From Octopus sinensis (Eukaryota), in contig NC_043002.1 in NCBI RefSeq assembly GCF_006345805.1, positions 100,192,001 to 100,256,000 of the forward strand: a stretch of DNA of 64,000 nucleotides, in the 5' to 3' direction. Both the position numbers and the translations under genes were made by a program. Positions 51,791-63,447 of the stretch are shown piece after piece. The notes under the pieces were generated by a model, which worked only from the letters and a program-made list of their open reading frames with translations, made no database searches and was not told where the DNA came from. Numbering within the stretch: the first letter of the stretch is position 1; every line of letters begins with the position of its first letter.

Positions 51791-53510
51791 CGTCCGGTAG
51801 TGGGACCCTGGTTTCAGGGTTTGAGGAGTACGTGTTCCTCATGTCCACTCTGGGCCGGAATGGTAGCAGGTGTAAGGGCCCAAACTATGGGTTAACTAGC
51901 AAACCGCCCCTGCGACTTGGGACGGGCGGTAGAATGCAGTCGCCGTATTCCCTGCGTGGCGTAAGAAGCGACTGAAAGAGGCGGGAACGAAGAGATGGGA
52001 ATGCACTCCTCCTAGTAATTCTGTTTCCTAAAAAGACAAGAAAAGAACAAGGAGATAGGAGAAGTTTACCATCAAATCCCACCCTAGTACTAGGATCATG
52101 GAATCTGTGTGGATGCAGTAAAGTGAGGTAAAGAGGAGTTAGATAGGAAATGTGATGATGAGGAGAAGGGTGTATGTGCTTGCACTGACCGAAACTAAGA
52201 TGAAAGGTAAGGGAGAGTATCAGTTTGGTGATGTGACTGGACGAGTGTCGGGAGTGAAGGGGAAGGGCTCGCGAGAGAGTGACATTGCTGGTGAGTCAGC
52301 GTGTGCAGGAGACTGTGGTGGAGTGGAAGGAAGTGTCTTCAAGATTAGTGTGGGCTAAGACGAAGTGGGGTGGTGAGATGTGGGTGTATTTTAGTGCGTA
52401 CGATCCAGGGAGTGAAAGGTGTGATGGAGAATTTGAGGAGTTCTGGAGGGAGTGTGGATAGGGTGGGGAAAATTGGAGGTGTTGGGTGATTTAAATGTGC
52501 GAGTAGGAAATGAGGAAATAAAAAATGTAGTATGTAAATATGGAGTTCCTGTTCGGAATGTGAGTGGAGGGAGGTTGAGGGAAATGTGTATGGAACTGGA
52601 CTTGGTGGTGGGGAATAGTCTTTTTAAAAAGTGAGAGAAAAACAAGTTCACACGATGGGAGGTGGAGGGAGGAATAGTAGTGGATAAGGTATGTATTAAT
52701 TGATAAGAGAGTAGCAGGAAGGTTGGTGGGTGTGCATGTAATAATGATAGGTGAATGTGGAGGAGTGTGAGATCACTTCTTAGTACAGGGGTAGTTGAAA
52801 GTATGTTCCAAATAGAATGCTGGACGAGGGAGAGGGGAGAAAGAGGTTGTGATGGTGAGTGAACAGGATAACAGAGAGAAGGAGCAGGATCATGTAGAGA
52901 AATTGAGGTGAGTAAGAACAGGTAAAAAAAACCGGAGATAGAAGATATAGGGGAGGAGTGGGAGCCTTTTAGAAAGGCCGTAATGAGATGTGACTTTGAG
53001 GTATCTGGTACACGAGTGTTTGGAATGGGTGTGAGAAAAGTTAGTGAGTTGTTGAATGAGCAGGTAAGGGATGCAGTAGCAAAGAAGAAAAGAGTCTTTG
53101 AATTGTGGTTGCACAAGAGGGATGGAGAGGCTTATGAGCGTTACAGAGAAGTGAAGAGAAGATGAAGAGAGTGGTGAGTGTGGGGAAATGTGAGGCGAGT
53201 GAAAGTTTAGGGAACATTTTGAAAGGAATAAAGCGATGTTGTGGAAAGTGGTACCTAGGGTAAGGAAGGTGGTTGGAGGAAGGGAAGGAAGGGTGAAGGA
53301 TATAAATGGAAATTTGCGGAAAGATAGTGAGGATATACAAAGGAAATGGGCAGAGTATTTTAGTGAGATGTTTAATGTGGAGGACGATGGGGAGGCAAGT
53401 ATAGTGGGTATAGGAGGAGAGAGGAGAATGCCTGGTGATGGGCAATGGATATACAGTGCAAATGACAAGGAGGAGGTGAGGGAATCTTTGCGGGATGGGG
53501 CGCTCCAATG
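51791..53510 (+). mobile_element. RTE-clade LINE 5' portion (5' UTR plus APE endonuclease domain), RT absent
   Basis: RTE-type UTR motif ttccctgcgtggcgtaagaagcgact. APE remnants GSWN, LALTETK, SAYDP, VLGDLNVRVG, NVSGGRLREMC..LVVGNSLFKK. Ends just before the expected RT region; many stops. Confidence 0.85.
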
Positions 53511-54519
53511 AAGAATTTTAGTTGATCACATTGAACCCCATACTTGTTTTTAAACCTAATAATCATTCCATCGGTCCCTCTTGCCGAAACACAAAATTAC
53601 AGGACCTAATGATGAGAAAACAGATGAGAAAACACAGACAAACACACCGATGCATTATATATATATATATATATATATATATGATTGAACTGACAGAACA
53701 CAACGAGGGGAAAAAGTTAGACGAAAGCAGAGCAAACTGGAAACAAGACGACAATTTAACAGGCGGCGACTATAGACAAGGTCATGATATACGAAATATT
53801 CGCAGTTGAATTTTCTTTGTCGGCCAATAACTAAAATATCATCGTGATTTCGCACCATTATCATTGAGACCACTCAATCTTGGGGGTGCCAGGGCTGCTA
53901 TTGAGCTACTTAGTAAAGGCTAAGGAGACGGAAACAAAAAGGACGTACATAAATACAACTGACGGAGAATTATGCATATATTACAAGGCGAAGCCTTACG
54001 GCTATATCAACAGGTAAAAAGATAATAATATTTATACAAATACCACAAATACAACAGATAGAGCTTTGCAGCTATCGACAGGTGTACGCATTTTTAATAA
54101 AATTTATTTAAACACAATATATAAGAATATGTACACATGTTAATGCATGTATCTATGTACGTTTTGTTTTATCTGCCCTAAGTTTTCGAACACATCTTAT
54201 AAAGCAGCATGCATAATTCTGTTCATATGTGTGTGTGTGTGTATGTGTGTGATGGCTTTTGTAAGGCAGCATCGATTTTTTACAATTCTGTGAATAATAA
54301 TAATAGTATTGTTAATGTTGAGGACTATAAGCGATGACTATGTAATGACTAATTGGGTATATAAGCATTCGACAGAGAAAAGTACGTTTTCCAGTACGCA
54401 TAGAACTTGAACCCATATCTTATTACTTTATTTTCTTTACTTGTTATTGCACGGTGATCGGTTATAAGCTTTAAGCTTATAAAATACTATTATTAATATA
54501 TATGTTTTTTTTTATTATT

Positions 54520-54928
54520 GTACTTGTTTCAGTCATTTGAGTGTGGCCATGCTGGGGCACTGCTTTTAGGCGAGCAGATCAACTCCAGGACTTGTAAGCC
54601 TAGTACTTATTCTATCTGTCTCTTTTGCCGAACCGCTAATTTATGGGGACCTAAACAGACCAGCGTCGGTTGTCAAGCTATGCTGGGGAGACAAACACAT
54701 ACACACAAACATATAGACACATACATACATACGTACATACATACATGCATATATATATATATATATGTATGCGACGGAATTATTTCAGTTTCCGTGTACG
54801 AGATCCACTCACAAGTCTTTGGTCGGCTCAAAGCTATAGTAGAAGACACTTCACCAAGGTTCTACGCAGTGGGACTGAACCCTGAACAATGTGATTGGTA
54901 AGCAAGCTACTTACCACACAGACACTGC
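54520..54928 (-). mobile_element. SINE family H
   Basis: Colinear with 30336-30767. Confidence 0.87.
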
Positions 54929-54942
54929 TGAGCTATATATAT

Positions 54943-54976
<34 letters not shown>

Positions 54977-55262
54977 ATACATGTATTCATGTTAGAATAA
55001 CCATTTCTATGGGCAAAAGGGACACTAAGGTAAATTTATTCTAACTCGAATTATATCGTATTGATTCGTTCCACTCGTAATAATCCTAAGCATGTGCAAA
55101 TGCCTAAATGTCTGGGTTCAGTTGTAAGCAAGATTACGAATGTCACTCTAATCAATGCATGCTTCAAGACTGCTACTCTACCCTTTAAAACTGTTAAATC
55201 TATTCACCATTTAATTTACTCCCATTTTTGGATACCTCTCTCAGCAGTTTGTGATCTGTTGA

Positions 55263-55323
<61 letters not shown>

Positions 55324-55490
55324 ATCATTATTATTATTATTATTATCCATATACACACAACAGACTAGACGATTAGATGCCAAAAATCCTCCTAACGTGT
55401 TATAGCAAGTAACATAAGATGCCAAGAACCATCGTTATTATTATTATTATTATTATTATTGCTATTATTATTATTATCATCATTATTATT

Positions 55491-56023
55491 AATGAGAGAC
55501 CAACGCATGCGACCAAATTGACACGAAGCCCATTAAACGCATCATGAGTATCCATCTGAAAAGGGTACAACAGATACATGCATCTCAACCATGAGCGACA
55601 TGGCGATCTCGTATCACTATAAACAGCACAAGACTTTCCAAGACGGGTCCAATTAGAATTTATTTTTATATCGAGTAGCCTACCCGCTCAAAATTTCCCT
55701 GAATAAGGTTTATTTAAGGATGTCGAACGAAGCATCCATCTTTGCTAAGGTGAATTGTTCAAATCACAGAGAATTCCTGTCGATATGTGGCTATGATACG
55801 CACCCACTACTTCTACTCAAGATTAGAGATGCACATATCGTCTTCCACTAAGCGGAATTCTCAACTGGTTTAGGTCAGGCAAATGACAATCAAATCTGTG
55901 GTATCAAGCAGAATGTTTGCTGTGGATCATATTTTAAACAGACATAACATATACACGATAACACTTCTAATCAGTTAAGATGAAATGCTATGGCAGCCAC
56001 TGCCCGGCACTGCTCAGGGTATT
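55491..56023. mobile_element. Family C repeat, copy 3, reverse orientation, flanked by (ATT)n
   Basis: Reverse complement of 10447-10995; for example gataacacttctaatcagttaagat...gcagccactgcc vs ggcagtggctc...atcttaactgattggaagtgttatc. Confidence 0.8.
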
Positions 56024-56074
56024 GAGAGCCACTACCTATCGCTGCATATTATTATTATTATTATTATTATTATT

Positions 56075-58290
56075 GAAACAAGGATCACTTTACCCCAATG
56101 AAGTAGAGACAACTGACTCAACACTACAGTAAACTACCACACATGTACGGTCTCCCTAAGATTCACAAGAATGGTATTCCATTAAGACCAATAGTGAACT
56201 TTAGAAGTTCAGCATGTCATCCACTGAGCCGTTTTCTTGTGGATATAATCAGTCCATTAGCAAGAAAGTCAACATCGTACGTGAAGAACTCCACCCACTT
56301 TACAGAATTCATCAAGGATACTCCTATAGAATCCAACCAGATTGTAAGTATAGATGTGATAAGTCTGTTCGCCAAAGTCCCAACTGGTGAAGCCCTATCG
56401 GTGATTCAAGAAAATCTAGTGACAAACACCCATCTAAAATAACGCACAAGTTTACCAATAAGAAACCTGATGGAAATGTTGACTATCTGTGTAGAAACTA
56501 CTTACTTCAGCATAGACATTGAAATATATCCACAAAAAGAGGGTTTACATATGGGTTCGCCATTGTCACCGATAATAGCCAATATATAATGGAATACTTT
56601 CAGAATTTGGCTTTAGGATCAACACTACTAAAACCAACCCTATGACAGCGATATGTTGATGGAACGATTATACTCTGGCCCGACCAGGAATATGTCGAAA
56701 TGATGTTAGATCATGTGAACTCGAATATAACCATCCATACAGTTCACAATGGAAAAGGGAAAAGACAATCAGCTAGCTTTCCTGGACGTATTAATAACAC
56801 GCACCAAGTATGGATCCAAGACATCTGTATACTGCAAGCCGACCTTCACTGGACCAAACCTCAACTTCAATTCCCATCACCCATACAGTGTAAAGAGAGG
56901 GATTGCTCAGTGCCTAAAACATCGAGCAATGAATATAAGTAGCGATCGTAACACCCACCCCGAAGAAATGATCAAGCTAAGTAAAAATCTATTAAGTAAC
57001 AACTACTCCAAAAACATACAATCCCCTCCAATGATAAAGAAAAGGGAGGATGAAACCAATAAACTGTCCACAGTTTGCCTACCCTATGTGAAAGGCCTCT
57101 CCCAAAAAGATACGAAAGATATGCGACCCATATGACATCAGGGCAGTATTGAAAAGTAATACAACACTTCAGAAATATATCCTAGTAAAACCACCAATAG
57201 AAGAGAATATGACTAAGAACTGCGTGTACTGCATCCCATGCAGCTGCGGTAGGTTATACAAAGGCGAAACATGCCGCCCCTTCAAAATAAGTATAGATGA
57301 ACATCGCGAAGCTGTCACAAAAGGCGATATTGATAAATCAAGTATAGCTGATCATGTATGGAAAAATAGAGATGATCTTCTGCTGTGGGATGAAGTTAAT
57401 ATAATAAACAGACAACACCACTAGAAAATAAGTAAACTAAAAGAAGCAGCACATATGCTAGTACACAACAACATCCTAAGCAGACTGAGTGAAGATATGA
57501 GTAGCATATGGGAACCAGTATTAAGGAAGGATAGAAATATATTAAAATTCACTCCATAATTGTCCACGGGTATATTTCGTAGTGGCTAAGATACCGAGTT
57601 CGATTCCAGGTGGTGACCTGAACAATAATAATAATAATAATAATGATAATAATAATAATAATAATAATTATAATAGTAAAAATGATAATAATAATTATAA
57701 TTATAATAGTAAAAATGATAATATTATAAGGTATACTAGCCATCTCAATATGGCTAACCACTAAGGGTGGGTGTTACTGTAGCTCCTCCAGCTGGCTTTA
57801 GGCACACTTTCTGTGCCCTTATGGTATTTGCAAAAGGAGGTCACCCCTCCCTCGTCAACCTACGTGATACGCACGGACTGCAGTTTCTAGGTATTTGCCT
57901 GTCTTCAGCGTACGGCAATCACCGGTTGACGAGGGAGGGGTGACCTACCTTTGCAAATACCATAAGGCACAGAAAGTGTGCCTAAAGACAGCTGGAGACG
58001 ATGTTCTCCTGAGGCTACAAGCTACAGTAACACCCACCCTTAGTGGTTAGCCATATTGAGATGGCTAGTATACCTTACATTGTCGTGCAGTTCCTGTTTA
58101 CATCTCGTTCAAAGATTTATTATTGATAATAATAGTAATAATTATAATAATAATAATAATAATATAATAATAATAATAATAATAATAATAACGACAACGG
58201 CATCGAAAAATACTTTACGAACGAAATCCTAGGTTCCAAATTTTCTTAACAACATACAAGATGAGGACAAATATCCGTCAAATGTAAATT
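56075..58290 (+). mobile_element. Penelope-like element (RT plus GIY-YIG), degenerate; 3' region interrupted by a MITE
   Basis: RT motifs YGLPKIHKNGIPLRPIV, SIDVISLFAKVP, GLHMGSPLSPIIANI, RYVDG and FLDVLI; GIY-YIG-like NCVYCIPCSCGRLYKGET...EH ending near 57545. The 3' extent past 57545 is inferred. Confidence 0.88.
57729..58075. mobile_element. MITE/foldback element with 130-150-bp TIRs and TA flanks
   Basis: Arms 57729-57860 and 57924-58075 are near-perfect reverse complements (about 21-nt indel). TA at 57727-28 and 58076-77. Confidence 0.88.
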
Positions 58291-58417
58291 ATGGATACTA
58301 TTATTATGGCAGAATCGTTAGCAAACCGGCGAAATTTTTTTCGCGGTATTTTGTCAACCGCTACGTTCTAAGAAAGACGGAGAAAGAAAATCGCCGGCGA
58401 TACACACGCGGTCACAT

Positions 58418-58418
58418 G

Positions 58419-58461
<43 letters not shown>

Positions 58462-58815
58462 TATATACATACACACATATATATATATATACATACACAT
58501 ATATGTTTATATACATATATATTCACATATATATATACAGATTATATGTATATATATGTATATATATATTATATATATACATATATATATATACATATAG
58601 ATATACATTATATATACATATATATATACATATATACATATATATATATATTATATATATATATATACATATATATTATATATATACTATATTATATATA
58701 TTATATACATATATATATATTATATATAATACATATATATATTATATATATATATATATACATATATATAATACACACATATGTAATATACATTAATATA
58801 TATATATATATATAC

Positions 58816-58868
<53 letters not shown>

Positions 58869-59223
58869 TATACATATATATACATATATATATATACATA
58901 TATATACATATATACATATATATACATATATATATACATATTCTAGATATACATCATATACATATATATATATATATATATAATATACGTTATATATATA
59001 CAATTTATATACTAGATAATATATATACATTATATATACATATATATATTACATATATATACATATATATATACATAATATACATTATATATATACATAT
59101 ATAATATATATACAAATATATATACGACAATATATATATACATATATATATATACATATATATATATCATATATATATATATATACATTATATATATACA
59201 TATATATATATCTATATATATAC

Positions 59224-59254
<31 letters not shown>

Positions 59255-59257
59255 CAT

Positions 59258-59291
<34 letters not shown>

Positions 59292-59457
59292 CATATATAT
59301 ATATACATATATATATATATTGTATATACATTATTACATATATATATATAATTATATACATATATTATATACATATATAGTATATATATATACATATATA
59401 TATATACATATATATATATCCATATATATATATATATATATATACATATATATATAC

Positions 59458-59488
<31 letters not shown>

Positions 59489-59592
59489 CTATATATATAT
59501 ACATATATATATATACATATATATAATATATACATATATAACATATAATATATATACATATATATATATACATATATATATATCACATATAT
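58418..59592. repeat. 1.17-kb compound (TA)n/(TATAC)-type microsatellite
   Basis: Directly visible. Confidence 0.95.
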
Positions 59593-61312
59593 ATCCTTAA
59601 ATCCTTAAATCCTTAAAAATGTTTTAGCCCGAAGGCCGCGGCATGCTGGGGCACCACCGCTGAATGAGCCACACTAGTTTGTGAACCACCTCTGATACGT
59701 GGCACTTGATCAACAAGGGAGTTCGATGCTGCTGCCCGCATCCGCGTTCCTGTCGTGAGGTAGGTTCAATCTGGACTTCCAACAAGAAGAGATCCAGTTT
59801 AGTTTTAAAGAAACCCACATCCACACCATGTAAGTCCTCAGGCATTTATGGAGGATGTTGAAAAGCTGTGGTCCTCTGAACCCAAGCTGTTGCAGTATCT
59901 GGACCTGTATTTTTGATGGTGATGTTGGAATCCTCCTTGCACCACGCAGCGGCGCCCCGTTCTGCGGTGGAGTAACTTTGAATGCCAAAGTTTGGGATAA
60001 GACCCTCCAGGATTTTCCAGATGTATATTACTGCTATCTCTCCCCGCCTCCGCTCCAGGGAGAAGAGGTTTAATACCTTCAGTCTTTCCCAGTAGCTGAC
60101 ATTTTGCATTGAGACGATTTTCTTTGTGTAGCTTCTCTGAGTTGCTTCGAGTTCTGCTGTTTTGTTTTATATTGTGTGGTGACCAAAGTTGGGAGCAGTA
60201 GTCCAAGCGGCTGAGACAAATGTTTTCCATAGGACCATCATGTCTCCTTCTCTCTTGTTCTGAAAGTTTCGGAGAATCCATCCAGCTAGCCGTCTGCATT
60301 TATCACAGATTAGCATATGCATTTGGAAAGATGCATCATTGCTCATGTCAATGCCCAGGTCACGCACTGATTTTGACTCAGGGATTGCAATTCTTCCTGG
60401 GCCAGTGTATCTCTTCACGTCATTTACCTTTGTGTGCCAGTAGCGCAGGGCCTGGAACTTACCTGCATTAAACTGCATGTTGTTGTCCTCAGCCCACCTG
60501 TATATTGTGTCCAGCTCATGTTGCAGATGCGCAATATTTTCAGGTTTCTGTATTGCGTGGGAGACCTTTGTGTCATCTGCAATAGCTAGCAATGGGTGGT
60601 CATCGTAGCAACTGAAGGCATGTCTGAAAGGGCCACTATGAACATCAGTGGCCCCAAGACAGTGCCCTGTGGGACACCGCTGTTATTTGCGTTTCCTGGA
60701 GGTGGCTCCATTGCTCACAACTGCCTGTTTTCTGTCTTTTAGGAAGTTGTGCAGCCACTCTCCAAGTTTCCCGCCTATGCCGAGACCACGCAGTTTATGA
60801 CAGATCACCATGGTCGACTTTATCAAAGGCTTTTGCAAAGTCAAGATATATTACATCCACATTTGAGCCATTAGTAGCTGTTTCAACACCCAGTCATAGT
60901 GCTGCAGGAGCTGTGTTAGGCAGCCTCTACCTGGTCGAAATCCATGCTGGGTGTCAGACAGTAAGTCATTTTCTTCAAGGAACATGATAGTTTCTTACGG
61001 ACTATTCGTTCCATGACTTTGCTGATGTGTGAGGTCAGAGAGATAGGCCTATAATTTTTAGCATCTGCTCTGCTACCTCCCTTATGGATAGGGCATATTA
61101 CCCCCTCTTTCAGTTTGACTGGGAGCTTTAACCACTTGCAAGAAAGCTCTGAAAAAGAAGCTGTAGCGGTTTTGCAAGGGCTCGTTTGCACGATTTAGAA
61201 GGATCGCTGGAATCCATCAGGTCCAGCAGCTGAGTTTGTGTCAATCTCATCAATGGCTAGTGTGATATCATCTTCTTCGATGTTGATGTACTCAATTTTT
61301 GTCTCTTTGGCC
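59593..61312 (-). mobile_element. CR1-clade LINE, 5'-truncated, degenerate RT with intact 3' tail
   Basis: Minus-strand motifs [75 protein letters not shown] and YWERLKVLNLFSLERRR. 3' tail (TTAAGGAT)x3 at 59593-59616. Confidence 0.92.
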
Positions 61313-61802
61313 GCATACACATATATATATATATACACATATATATATACACATATATACACATATATATCATATGTATATATATATATATGTATATATG
61401 TAATATATATATATATGTATATATATATGTATATGTATATATATATGTATATATGTATATGTATATGTATATATGTATATGTATATGTATATATATATTA
61501 TATATATGTAATAGTATATGTATATGTGTATATGTATATGTATATATGTAATGTATATGTATATATATATATATGTATATATGTATATGTATGTATATAT
61601 ATGTATATATGTATATGTATATGTATGTATATATATATGTATATATGTATATGTATATGTGTATATGTATATGTATATATGTATATGTATATGTATATAT
61701 ATATATATGTATATATGTATATGTATGTATATATATATGTATATATGTATATGTATATGTATGTATATATATATGTATATATGTATATGTATATATGTAT
61801 GC

Positions 61803-61833
<31 letters not shown>
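61313..61833. repeat. Compound (TA)n/(TATATG)n microsatellite
   Basis: Directly visible. Confidence 0.95.
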
Positions 61834-62978
61834 CAGTGGCGGCCAAAATGTTCAGAACGGCATTGTTTTCGTCAGAAAAGTAGATATAATTTTTTATCAA
61901 AGTTGTTTTATATTCTATAATTTTCACAGACAATGAATACGATATTATTTGTTATTGCCTGCGATTTTTGTGTAATTTTAGAGGATAATACAAACGTTAT
62001 GGATGATTTAGTGATTTACTGCAAAACCCATGGTGGCCAAAAGGATCAGAACGGTTTCTTTTACTCCGTGTTTTAATATATTTAACAAGCAAACTCTAAT
62101 ATTTTGAATTTGTTTACGTGGCGATTCGTTTACTAAACATTAGTAAGAATATTTGTAGTGTACTTTGTTAATATAATGCCACTTACTCCGTTAACAATTC
62201 GTCAGCAGATTATTAAGCTTCGAATGAGAGATAATTTAAGTATTGGATCTATTGCAAAGATTGTTAACAAGTCAAAAAGTATGGTACACGGTATTCTTAA
62301 GGTCTACGATGATTGTGGTTCGTGTGAAGCAAGAAAGTTTACAGGTAGGCCAAGAAAAACGACCAAGAGAGAAGATCGTGCTATGGTAAAGTTGATTAAA
62401 AAGGACAGATTTAAAACTGCTGCTGCTGTTTCTCGGAAAATGAGCATTGTATTGAAGAAAACTTTATCTCGAAAAACTGTGTCTCGTCGTTTAGTTGAAC
62501 ATGACCTACAAGCAAGAGCACCTGCAGTGAAGCCACTGATCAGCTCCAAGAATAAAAAGTGTCGTCTTACCTTTGCAACAGAACATGTGTTGTGGTCTCA
62601 AGAAAAATGGCAAACGGTGCATTTCAGTGATGAATCTAAGTTTATGTTATTTGGCTCAGATGGGAAAAGGTACGTTCGTAGAAAAGTAGGTGAAAAATTG
62701 TTGCCTAAATGCCTTAAGACTAGTGTTAAATTCGGTGGAGGAAGTGTCACGGTTTGGGGGATGATATCTGGAGATGGTGTGGGCCCTTTGGTGCGATTAC
62801 ATGGAAAGGTAAATGCAGGAGTTTATAAACAACTTGTAAAAGATCATGTCATGCCTGTGCAGGACAATGCCCCATGTCACAAGGCTAAGTTGGTCATGAA
62901 CTTCCTCAAGGCTGAAAAGGTTATTGTTATGTAGTGGTCTGCTCAAAGCCCAGATCTCAATCCTATTGAAAATGTATT
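61834..62978 (+). mobile_element. Tc1-family (DD34E) transposon with IR/DR-type left end, 3'-truncated pseudogene
   Basis: TA|CAGTGGCGGCCAAAATGTTCAGAACGG terminus and an inner direct repeat at 62029-54. ORF 62158-62934 has HTH-like regions, FSDESKF, VWG and QDNAPCH; then a premature TAG, WSAQSPDLNPIEN. D-to-E spacing is 34. Confidence 0.92.
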
Positions 62979-62999
62979 GAATATGTATTTCGAAAGCCA

Positions 63000-63040
63000 G
63001 AATATATAAATATAAATATATAAATTCGTTCATGCTATAA

Positions 63041-63120
<80 letters not shown>

Positions 63121-63132
63121 ATAGATATATAT

Positions 63133-63181
<49 letters not shown>

Positions 63182-63182
63182 G

Positions 63183-63237
<55 letters not shown>
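63000..63237. repeat. (TA)n-rich microsatellite truncating the Tc1 element
   Basis: Directly visible. Confidence 0.9.
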
Positions 63238-63239
<2 letters not shown>

Positions 63240-63447
63240 CGGGAAGCTTTATGAAAATAGACAAAAGACGAAGGCAGGTGGAAAACAAACGAACAATTGT
63301 ATTAGTATGGCGCTCAGGAAATATAAATAAAACAAGTCTTTAACGTTTCGAGCCTACGCTCTTCAACAGAAAGATACACAGAGAGAAAAAAAACACAGAA
63401 AGAAGGAGAGAAAAAAATGCGTGCAGTAGCTAACGAATCAACATGGC
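63238..63447 (-). mobile_element. Family F short element carrying a hammerhead-like motif
   Basis: Lies between (TA)n and (CA)n; core shared with 38341-38480. Confidence 0.65.
63337..63374 (-). ncRNA. Minimal type-I hammerhead-ribozyme-like motif with variant core
   Basis: Minus strand: UCUUU-CUGUUGA-A-GAGC(GUAG)GCUC-GAAAC-GUU^-AAAGA. Stem I 5 bp, stem II 4 bp, ACGU palindromic stem III. Confidence 0.55.
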
